From Ancylonema sp. (taxonomy: Eukaryota): a DNA stretch of 64,000 bases. Positions 49,194 to 64,000 of the stretch are shown here, piece after piece. Each line of letters begins with the position of its first letter. The first letter of the stretch is position 1. The DNA lies in the NCBI GenBank assembly GCA_050230475.1, contig JBFLGF010000073.1, positions 1 to 64,000 of the forward strand, written 5' to 3'. The notes under the pieces were generated by a model that saw only the letters and a list, made by a program, of their open reading frames with translations, made no database searches and was not told the origin of the DNA. The position numbers were made by a program, and so were the translations under genes.

Positions 49194-52100
49194 ATGTCGT
49201 CGTTGCCGTGCTGTTGTCCAGTGAGATCTGCTCCAGCAACCTTTTCCTTTTTATGTTCCCGTCTCTCACCACATAGACCAGTCCTCGCCACTCAGCAATC
49301 AAAAATATTTTCGTCGCCATCTTGTCGTACTTCTCCTAAGCTTGGCCATCTGCATTCCTTCGGCGGGCTCTCCCTGACCCGGTCGCGACCCGTCCAAATC
49401 CCGCCCTCTTTCCGGACACAGACTAGACCGCTGTTCTGTAAGGCATCCAGTGGCGAAAGAAAGCCTGCAAACTCCTCAGATTACCGTCAGAAGGCCGCAG
49501 AGGACATCCGAGTGCTAGTCGTAGGATCCACGGGATATATTGGAAAATTCGTCACCAAAGAGCTCATCAAACGCGGCTTCCATGTCATCGCAGGTACATG
49601 CTGTTTAAGGTCTGGATGTAATATAGGCTCAGCTATATGGTGAAGGCATGCTTGCCCAGACATATCCAAATGTAGCAGGTCAGCTGGGTGGTTTCTCAGA
49701 CACTGAGGTGAAGGCTTGGAAGCTCGCTGTAAACTGCATCTGGTGTCCTGCATGCACGTCGACGAAGCATGACAGTTATGCAGTCAGTCTGTCAGTCTTC
49801 TATCATGGCTGTTGTCGCTAACACGGCCTTCCTATGCCTTCAAAGGCATGCACTGCAGAAAAGCTGTCATCAGTCGTACATTGTCGCGATCTGTTCACTG
49901 ACATGTCATGTATTTACTAAGACGGTTCTGACCACTGATTGTCAATCCTGTAACCCTGTAAAGCTTTGTTTGAGCTGTTTATATCCAACCTCCTGCGATT
50001 GTTTTGCCGGGTGTCACCTCCGCATGTCTGGTACTTCAAGATTCCATCACAGGTCCCCGTTTGCTTGCAATATCACATCATCATCCTCATGATCTTTCTC
50101 CTCACCTTCATCATCGCCCAAATTCTCATTACTGCCATCAGTTATTTCCATTGCAAGTGCAATCACTGGCGTTATCATCATGAATACTAATAAGATTAAG
50201 CTGTTTGTCACGACAACCACAAACAATAACCTCTTGCCTTCTTCTTGTCTGCAGTTGCTCGTGAGAAAAGTGGCATCGGTGGCAAAGCCAGCTCAGAGCA
50301 AGTGGTTGCTGACTTGGCAGGGGCAGATGTGCTCTTTGCTGATGTCACTGAGGAGGCAGCCCTGAGATCCGCAGTGGGAGATACCCGGGTGGACGTGGTG
50401 GTGTCATGCCTTGCCAGCAGAACGGGTGGCAAAAAGGTGTGAGGAGATGATGGCAGGACTGCCAAAAAATTGGCATGTCCTGTTCCAGCACGCTCCGCAA
50501 CTCCCATAGTCTCTCTTATCATATGAACCAAAATAGACAGCATGTGTGTGCTTCAGGCTGGGTCGGTCCAAGCGTTCGAGCAAGGTTCCATCCGTTGTGT
50601 TTGGGGTGGCAGGACTCGTGGCTGATTGACTATCAGGCGACTAAGGACAGTCTGGAGGTGGGGAAAGCTGCAGGAGCCTCTCACTTTGTGCTACTATCAG
50701 GTGAGGAAGAGGCAGAGAGCTGAGAGCTGAGAACGAAGTGAGCATGAGAGACAGGAATGGGGTGAAGGTTTTCTGGAGGTGGTGTGCCATGGCGTGGCAA
50801 TCAGACGAAAACCAATTTTTTTTAACTCATATGTATGTGGAGGAAAAGCGTAGTGAGGCATACATAGATGTGTATATACACATGCTCATATGTGTGGAGT
50901 GTGGATGGAGGGGCATGTAGAGTCAATTCATACAACGAGGAGTTGTGATTTCTTGTGGAAGGTGCTGATGTCAGCAGTGATTGGAAGAATTGAGTTGATG
51001 GGAAGAATTGAAGGGTCTTGGACTGGGACTGGCTCTGGAAAGAATGCAGACACAGCCTTCTTTGGTACCACCCGTGAACTGAACGCATTTTTTCAACAAA
51101 TGACAACATTCTCAGCTCTCAGGATGACAATAAGGCTCATCAAAGTCGTTCATACCACAAAACATGTTACCATGCGTGTCATGTGTCTATGGAGTTGTAC
51201 ACGCGTGTCTCTGTGTATATGTTTGGAAGCATATCTGTATGTTTGTGTGTATGCATGTATGTTTGTATGTGTGTATGTGTGTACATTAACATGAGTGTGT
51301 GCTTGCATGTGTCCATGTATGTATCTATATATCTATGTATGTATTTACGCATGTATGTATGTATGTATGTAAGTATGTATGTATGTATGTATGTATGTAT
51401 GTATATATGTATGTATGTATGTATGTATGGATGTATGTGCACCAATGTACATTATTCACCATGAATTTATGTTCTGGAAGTGAGGAGAATCTGCATTTCA
51501 CATTCATAAGAGACGCCACTGACCTGCACAGATGAGAACTTGTGTGGTAGTCCTCCATCTGCTTCACACATTGCTTGCGACATGCAAAGACCTCACTTAC
51601 AAGACCCTCTCCCCTCAGTTGAAGCCAGTCGCGTGCAAAACAACCTGCTGAGCTCTAGAACGTGAACCAGCATCCATACTGATAGCACCATGCTGAGACT
51701 GAAACCTAAATCATCTGAACTGATCGTGAAGTGGGGCTACATTGTGGACCCCCAGAGAGCCTCCTCCTCCTTGCTTCTGCAGCCATCTGTGTTCAGCCTC
51801 TGCTCGAGTTCCAACGTGCAAAGAGTTCGAAGAGGCACACAGCTGTCACTCACAGCATCGTGCGACTGCCTTCTTCAAGTCGCTAGGGGGGCATGAGGAC
51901 AACAGAAGGGTCAGGCAGTGATCGCACATGAACAGTTTCATGAAGAGGTGGCTCATGCGATGGCAGCCCATAGGGGAGGGCAAACAGAAGCATGGAATCC
52001 GAACACAGGTTTTGTTGGTATTGTTATTTAATTTCGAGGCATGAGGGGGTCATGCGAGAGAAAACAGGATTGGCTCATAAAAAAACAGTCGCCTGGTCTA

Positions 52101-53265
52101 TGCCTGCACACGTGCAAACGCCATGAAACAGGTGGAGATCTATGTCACAGCTGTGCGCCTGCAAGCCCGAAGCTGCTATACACAGACTGCATCACATGTG
52201 AGTGCGCAATGTGGATATGGAATTGGGTAGTGCAACCGAATTTTGATGTGGATGTCACATAAATCATAAATTTATATCTCAGAATTTTATTTATTTATTT
52301 TATATGAAACAACACTCGCTGCTACAACGCTCGCATGTTTTAGATGCCTCTAGAAACCTCTGTAAACTGTATCGGAGATTGCCCGAATTTGCAATACAAG
52401 GATTCTTTTGTACACCTTCACTCTTATTCTCCGTCATCAGTTATCAGAAAGCGGCCGAATTTCGTTAAAGTGTATTCTTTACACATCTGAAAAGCGTGCG
52501 CAGCAGAGAAATTCAAAGCAAGAGAGTTGAGGAATCTGATTTCTCTCTGTGCCATCGCTTCATCATCACTCTCGATAGCATCTCTATCATCTATGGTCTC
52601 CTACTGAATAGGAATGGAGTGTCATGAAGCTTCCGAGGGGGAGGTATCACGACTTTCTCTTCTGCGCTACTCCATCTTCATGACATATCGTAAAATCATA
52701 TTTTCACGTGACATACACTATCTCAACCCTCATGAAATACGATTTCCAAACCCTCATATGACCATCATACCACATCCTCGTTCCCATCATGTGGCACAGA
52801 TTGCCGTGGAAAGAGGACTTTCATGCCTATTTTTTGAACTAGTTGCATGACCGCTCGCTGTTATTTGTGGGTGAGCCTTTGCAGATGATGACAAATGGAA
52901 TAAGGTTTTGCCAATCGGGGGCCCTACGGAGGCACTCACCCCTTTACACCAAGGAGAGTTGTTGTTTTCCATAGTCGGCAAAAAGCCCAAGTTTATCAAA
53001 GTACCCATTCAAGTCATGGATTTCGTGATTGGGATTCTAGACAACCTTGGCAAAGGTTTTCCCCAACCTCGAAGATGCGGCAGAATTCGGCAAAATCGGT
53101 AGATACTATGCGGCAGAAAGTATGTTGGTGTATGACCCAGTCACGGACAAGTACGATGCGGAGGCGACCCCGGGGTACGGACAGGACACTTTGCGAGATT
53201 TCTTCGAGAAGGTGGTGAGGGATGGTATGGTTGGACAAGAGCTGGGAGACCAAGCCGTTTTCTGA
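49194..53265 (+). CDS. DVR: Divinyl chlorophyllide a 8-vinyl reductase (NADPH-dependent, chloroplast)
   Basis: Transit peptide, then [111 protein letters not shown]...[10 protein letters not shown]. Exons 4-5 are gapped and there is a frameshift near 53050. Confidence 0.92.
51230..51440 (+). repeat. (GTAT)n compound microsatellite (similar tract at ~48985-49185)
   Basis: Long run of GTAT units. Confidence 0.95.
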
Positions 53266-53744
53266 CTCAATTTTTTTTACTAACGCACGTGTGCATTAGA
53301 CGCTTAAGAATGTGTTGCCCTCGATATATTGTTGCTCACGCTCACATGGCATTATCGCTTTCGGATTTGGACGAGAACTATGTCTCGATGGGTCACATGG
53401 AGTGCCGACACAAGGCCATGTTGCTCGAATAATGGCTACCCACCTTTTCTTCCAATCGTCTACTATCAGTAGAGGTGTGTTTTGAATGATCTCGTTGCGC
53501 TCCAAAGTTTGCGCTTATCATTCCCATTCGATCAAAGTAGTTGCGACTCAGATCTCTTTTCTGGACGCCCTTATCTTGATAGACACTCTTCCACGATGCT
53601 ACCAACCACATAAGTGTGCAAGAACCAACAACGAAAAAATGAGTGACCATGAGAAGTAGGCGCAAAATATGTTGTGACACTGAAGTGCAACCAAGCAAGT
53701 GAGATATCATTACACGTACCCTTCACTCGACATTTCTAACTTCC

Positions 53745-56104
53745 CTAGAAAACCGGAGAGTCCTCCATCCACACGCCTCCCCTACCATTCTCCTCCAGAG
53801 CTCCATCCCCAAACTCACCATCCCGCCATCTCTTCCCAACTCCTTTGTCTATATCACTCCCCCGCTCCTTACCTTTCCGTTTCTCTCTCCCCACCTCCTG
53901 CCCGCGCCCCCCATTTCTGTGCGGACACGAGTCATGAATCAAACCCACACCCCTACCCCCATCCACCTCCGCTTCAGTGCCCTCGTAACTCAGCGTACTG
54001 GTTTTGGCCCCATGAGTACCATCATCCCTCGTCATTTCCTCTACAAGCTGCCTACAACCATATGCGGCAGTGCCACCTGTCATTCTCGATGCCAGCTCCG
54101 CGCCAGGCTGGCCATCCGCTGACGATTCCGGAGCCTTTCCATCCCCTTGCCGAATGAAAGTACCACCCCTCCCGATCCAACCAGGACATCCTACATGAGA
54201 GGCCGATCCAGCCACCCCCCTCTCTGACCCCAGCTGCCGTACAGCTGTCAATAAACCCGCAGTCCCATCCGCACCTTCTACAGCACCCCTCCCATCCCCC
54301 CACCTCCCCACCTTGCCAGCAATGCCCCAGCCTCTGATTGTAGCGGGTGACTGGTCAAACCCCTGTCCCCCTCTTCCAGCCTGTTGTTCAGCTGCCTCCA
54401 TCAACTGCACAGTTGTTCCCTCACACTGAATCATGGTCGAACAATTGCTGTCCCCACCCGAAATTACCCCTCCACGTCCCATTCTGCCTGATTCTGTCAT
54501 CTGCCCCATTCTGCCGTCTCGAATGCCTCCTTCCAGACCCGAAACCTTCTGCCAACTACTTCCTCTAGGGACCTCGTTCACTTCCACAGCCAAGCAGCCT
54601 CTGTCAGCCTCTTTTTGCCAGTCCCCATCCCCTCCCAGCCTCCCTGCTCGGATACTAGCAGAGCCGTTGTCTAGGTAGGGAGAGTGCACCATCAGGTCTT
54701 CCCCTCCCCAATCAGAAATGAGGCAGCTCGCCCTAGCCACGTCCAATTTGGAGTCATTACGAAGACGTGTGCTTCCATCGCCCCCAGCCTCCTCCACCGA
54801 CCTTTTGTTATGAGGGACTGCAGGGGAGGGTGCCTGTTTCCCCTCTCTTGACCCGGTCAACCTGGTTGGCTTGGAACCAATCAGAGTGCTCCATCTCCGT
54901 AGCATCTTCCTCCATTTGCCGGCCCTTGGCCCGGGAACGATGGATTTCTGGGACCCCTCCCCAAACCTGCCAGATGCTTGCTCCCGCTTCCTCACCCGCC
55001 AGACGATAACCTCTGTTCTGGAAACATCTGCACCATCTAGTTGTCCATGAGGAGCGGCAGGAATTTGATTATTATTTTGTAGGGAGTCTGTCTCTAGATG
55101 CCTACCCCTCCTGATATGCTCCAGTACAGCGTCATGATCAGGATCTAAATAAATGCCAGGTGGCGCACAATTACAGGAAGGAAGATCAGGCAGTGGCCGT
55201 TCAGCAGAGGTGTCAACAGTAAGCCTTGCTGAGTGTGCTGCTCTTTCGGAGTCGCAAGGCGACAAGCTTGGTCCGTCATCGATGGTGCTTTCTGAACCCA
55301 GTAAGCGAAGGCGCTGAGGCGGAGGATGGCCACAGAAGTCTTCCTTGGTAGACAGGGTGGTGGGGGAGATGGGAGCAGCTGTTTTCTTATGGTGAAGGTT
55401 CTGGAAGCAGCTCCGTATAACCTGATTGGATGCAGGCGATGAGCAGAATACGAAATTATACCTGCAAGGTGCATGATAGTGCTTCAGACAGAGGACGGAT
55501 ATTCTTTGTCTCATGCGGCCACCTGGTAGATCCATCTTCATCTTTCACTGAGGCTGTTTCCTGTGTCGAGTATACTATTCGAGCATTCAGCTGTGAAGCG
55601 TTGGAGTACGATAGATGGACTCTTGATAACTTCTGCCCTGAGAGTGGGATTGGATGTGAGCGCCAGGCTTCGTGTGAATAACAAACAATGAATAGAGACC
55701 ACAACGCAGGATCATAGTTGGTTTACATAGACAAGGATCTCAGGCATGAAATTTTCCACCCGTCACCAGAAGTGCTTGGAATAGTGAGAGCTGCCAACTT
55801 TTATCCCCCGCTAAAAAGGCTCGACTTACAGCCACAACTTCCATGTATCAAGATTTCTCCATGTCTGCCTCCATGTACAGTCAGTGCCAATGGAACCACA
55901 CCGCATTTCTCGAATATTTTCGAATCTATAATATTGACGGCTTTTTCGTGAGGTAGCTTCTTACATGGCATCGAAGCGCTGTTCAACGTCCACCTCATCC
56001 AGACGTGGTCTAAACTTGTCAGCAGAGGCCGCTGCTTCGAGCTCTTCAATGCCGTCATCACGACCATTGTTCACGATGGAGAGCGGCCGAAGCGCCCTCT
56101 CCAT
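53745..56104 (-). CDS. Hypothetical protein with a large Gly-rich, probably disordered last exon
   Basis: About 1.7 kb open frame 55421-53745 preceded by CAG. Candidate upstream exons 56104-55965 (MERALRPLSIV...VEQRFDA|gtaag) and ~55638-55462. No family recognised. Confidence 0.55.
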
Positions 56105-58565
56105 TCTGCAATGCTACTCACAGAGTGGAAAGAAACGTCGGTCTCTCACGTGGAAGCGCCCAGCTCGCTTGATCGTATTTTGACGAGCATCATACAGAGG
56201 AATGGGCGGTGAATGGCCGGAGAGCGCACAAGGCTGAAAGCATGTAGGAACGGATGCCACCACATTCCCTTCATGGGATGTGGCGCGAAATTTAGTTCAT
56301 TCTGGGCGCGTGGCGGGAGCGGGTATTTGACGCTGTGCTTGAAGTTGGTCTGAGTCAGACGTCTGACGGCCGGCCAGACTCTGACCGTCAAAGACGGTGT
56401 TTACTCCCGTGCACGTGCTGGAATGTATGGCACAAGCATACTCTCAACTTATGCTCTACTTCACTTCCCTTACATTTACAATTATCGGATCATGTTATAC
56501 TATTCGCCTACTGGGGTTACAGGAGTTTTATCCTGCGGCTCCCTCGTCTAGGCAGTCTGCATGCGGACAAACAGCCTCCCCCGTAATCATTAGGTATATG
56601 ACTCTGCTGGCCACTAGCCACAAGCCTACACCGCAAGCCTACACCGGGTTCCTTTCAGAGGCCATCACCTCCTCTTAGCGCTCGTTGAAGCAAGGGCTTC
56701 CAACCTTTATACCAAGCAGCCCTACCTCTGACAACCCCCAGGATAATGAGAGGCGGGGAGGGAGGGTGCAGGCTGCAGCGTCTGCCTTTTTCCCAAAATA
56801 ATAAAATTGAAGGTGCATGTAGCGTGGGGGGAACCTGTGTTCTCTACTTCCAAAGGAGATATCGACTGTTTAGAATGCGGGTAGAAATATAGAGGAGGCC
56901 TTTCGATACTCCCTTGAAGTTGAATCCTTCGCTCGGGTTCCAAAGGTTGTCGTTTCAAGGGAAATGGCACATTGCCTTCAATGTTGTAGAGGCCAATCCC
57001 GTGACGCCATCTGTCAAACAAACGAAGATGTCCTCTCCTGTCTTCAAGCTAGTAACAAAATTTGAGTTTATCGCAGGCAATGTTGCGGAGTGTCGCATGG
57101 GCGGCACTCACCCATAAACGCCGATTGCTGCGATGCTACATTTTTAGTTCATAAATAATTAAAAGCTCGAGTGAAACGTGAGCATTGTGATCCCACGTAT
57201 CATACGGGCTTGTCATCATTTGAGAGCTCACCGAGGGACACACTGCCCAACTCCTTTGTGCATAGTTAACAACTTTGTGCCATGTTAGCCTTTGAAAGTT
57301 GTCACGTCGCCAAAGTTACGTTTCAAACGTACATTTTATTTTTTTTATTTTTATATTTTTTTGTTAACTCACTTCCTCCATCTACCTCCATTGTCTCTGG
57401 GCCCTATGTGCCACATTATAACCCACCCACACCAAGAAGGGTCATTGTCAAGCAATTGTAGTGGAAATAGTGGCGCGAATGAACAAATTCATAGTTAGGT
57501 GCTTTGTTGCAATAGGGGGTACCCCGAATCATCCCCCGAAATTGGTAGTGCAAAAGGTACACCAAGGCGGGGTGATATATTAGTTCACAATTCAAAACCA
57601 AACTGAACAAAGACCATGACTTTGTATCGGTGTTGCAAGGAAGGGATCGTCATCGTAACGTAGCAGTCGTTGGTGAAGAGAGTAAAGTGGTTGACATAAA
57701 AGCATGTGGTTTTGTGTATGACAAGGGGCTACAAGGTACTTCCTCCATATATTTCCACATTAAAACAACTTGCATTGGGATAGGTTTTCATGCATGTTCG
57801 GTGAATACAGGATTATCACATGTAGAGTTGGATGACAAATTAAATGTATGATGGAAAGGGGTTATTTATAAAATAAGATTGAGACATAATTTCAACCTAT
57901 ACTATTCTTGCCCTCTCTACCATATAGGAGGTTGGAAAGGAGGAACGCTTCCGCAAGGATGGGGAGCGTTTTTGGCATGTGCAAAAAATCAATTATTTTG
58001 AGAGTTAATAAGCCACTAACAAGGGCAAGGACTCAATGGATTTTGACTCCATTATGTACGAGCACATAGATTTACAGTCCATCATGTGCTTGCAATATTT
58101 CGTTTCTGACACATTACTATTGCATGAATGTTGCATGCTGAGCAACATGTTGAGATGTTTTTGTCAAGCTGTATGTATTTTGATGAGAATGTGACCAATC
58201 ACAGAGCCCAACAAAAAGAGCAAGACGAAGTTGACCTATCATGAGTGTGCAATGCTTTGTGCACAACAGTTGAGTCAATAGTCATAATCCACAAATGCCA
58301 AGGATGCAACGTCTAGTTCCATGCCTCGATAATCACATCCGCCTTCAAGCCCCTTCTTGCACAAGGTTGATATACCTACCCACTATGAGACCAATCTACA
58401 ACACAATCGAGAATTATGTACATGGATCTGTAGACCCACGCTTGTTTTTATCACATCACCAACGGGTTCCCAAAGAGAGACTAAATAAGCTAACCCTAAT
58501 CCCCCTATTCCCAGTCCAACCTTCCCCAAACCTCCTCTCCCCGCGTTTACTCGCACATCCACCAT

Positions 58566-62234
<3,669 letters not shown>

Positions 62235-63000
62235 CGAATGCGGTTTGGATGGACGCCGTGCCGTATTGCTTAGACGCGGACGGAGCGAGTATAGAATTGA
62301 TTGTCTTCCGTGCCGGAGTGCCTTCTGAACCTCCGAGACACGTCGCCCTGCAGCAGGAGGGGTAGTGTCATGAATGCTGCCTTGAATCAACGACAGTCTG
62401 CGTGGCGTTGTCCTGTTCGGTGAGGAAATTTCCGGAGCAGTAACAGGTCTGAAAAACGCGTGTGACTTCGAATGAATCCAGCAGTTCCCAGGGTTCGGAA
62501 CAATAGGACCAATCAACATCGACTTATACGTGCATATAAAATTGAGTCCGGCTTGCCACCCAAGCGTTTCGATTTAATGGCAAAAAACTGGAGTCAGTCA
62601 CAAGTGGTCTTCCCAATAGGAAGTCACCCAATCATAGCCAATCTCAACCGTGCCGACAACCTGACAGGCCACGCGCCAGTTTGGGCTAGTCGGTGCTTCC
62701 ACATCCGGCCGTCGAAGTAGCAAAGTATAACTTCCGTGTCCTTTGCGTGCAAGAAATCGAATTGACCGACGCACGACACGTGGCTATCCTCATGAAGTTT
62801 GCCGTTGACGTGCCGTTGACGCTGCTATTACTGCCAGCCCGAAGCTGGAAATGTCCCTAAGCCGTTATCACCCACCCTACCCGCCTCTAAACCTTCCAGC
62901 CTATATAGGGCACTCCCGGCCAGGGATGGGTGGTCTCCACCCAAGCTGGCCAGCCTGGCGTTATGACCCGTCGGTTGTTCGGCCCATTTGGATCGAGTTA

Positions 63001-64000
63001 TGCGGACATTTTGCCGGCTTCGGGTGTATTTATTCGCTTGCTACGAGTTAGGCCTCTACAGCATTGTCGTGCCATTTAAAATAGTATCATGTTCCCACGT
63101 GCGAATCATTTGGTAAAACGAACATTTTTATAATGTGTACCTCATACGTGCGACTTACGTTATATACATATGAACTGTCTACATATGAATCATGACCTCT
63201 TCGAGATCCGCCACACACACGTGCGCGATAGTATATACCATTGCACAACACACTATGCAAGCCTACTGCATGGCAAATACTGTTTTATAGTCTACCTTTG
63301 ACAAGGCGTTGCCGTCGGCTTGAGCGTAGAGTGCTCGAAGCTTATAAATTGTATGATGATGTAATGCACAATCGATCGATGACTGAAATCTATTCACAAC
63401 GAAGGAAATGCGAGCCGAACACAAAGACAATTTACACAAAGAATGTGGTCAATTAATCAGCGGTTCCCGAGGTGTGATAAGACCGATTAAGGTCATGATC
63501 ACAAAGATTACACAATGTATAGACCTCAACTAGTGGATTACGCTAGTAGCAAGGAAGCTACCTAATCCTGCCGTATCTACTTGCAGCGCTGGCTTAGCCG
63601 ACTCAGCTAGCCGACTTACTAGCTAATCCACTCATAGACGAGTACGCCAGGGCAGACGTCGCCACACCCTCTACTCTAGCTGAGTGGACGTGAAACGGGT
63701 ACTGTAGTAGTGCTGAACGCTCGCAGTCACTGACCAATATCCACATGAGTTACAAAGCTACCTTTCGCGCCTTGTCGCATCCCCGTAAACTTATGTTAAC
63801 TTACGACGCCTCTAACGCGGTGCGATTATTGCTAGGCGCTGAATTAAGAACTTGTATGCTTGTCCTAAAGCCCTCTGGTAATGCAGTTTTCAGTAAATTC
63901 CGTCTTTAGTGCTGATGATGGTGCCGTAGGTGGCGAAACAATCATACCGTTCGTATTATCTACGGCCTTAGATTCTATTCGAGCCGCTAATGACAAATAC
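63001..64000 (-). repeat. Dispersed ~1.2 kb non-coding repeat, copy 3 (truncated by window end)
   Basis: Reverse complement reads GTATTTGTCATTAG...TAGAATCTAAGGCCGTAG...CGCCACCTACGGCA...GCTGAGTCGGCT...CCTCGGGAACCGCT...GGCACGACA...CTCGTAGCAA, collinear with copy 1. Confidence 0.88.

Noticed and set aside
55462..56104. Faint resemblance of the orphan N-terminus to a histidine phosphotransfer domain
   Set aside because: Lacks the HQLKGSS motif and the similarity is too weak

Overview
Eukaryotic, intron-rich nuclear DNA from the green lineage. The gene set and short GT-AG introns with G/C runs suggest a streptophyte alga, but the organism cannot be fixed from sequence. Recognisable spliced genes, in order: 3' part of an NDF5/PnsB2-like aldose-1-epimerase-fold gene; a helical-repeat + RAP-domain RNA-binding protein; a TFIIIC-beta (GTF3C2)-like WD40 protein; a folate-biopterin (BT1) transporter; a GT8 galacturonosyltransferase (GAUT12-15-like); sterol C24-methyltransferase SMT1; ribosomal protein uL4; divinyl chlorophyllide 8-vinyl reductase; and plastid L-aspartate oxidase. 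There are also several hypothetical genes. Intergenic DNA holds a copia RT fragment, a long diverged inverted repeat, and three diverged copies of a ~1.2 kb non-coding repeat whose stems and palindromes appear to be kept by compensatory substitutions, which is the most interesting signal. The RAP gene encodes 37-aa repeats as exact 111/222-nt exon modules. A small two-TM ORF carries one in-frame TGA. The assembly shows signs of error (homopolymer frameshifts, gapped exons, near-identical local duplications, two N), so apparent pseudogenes need caution. Exon boundaries were read by eye.
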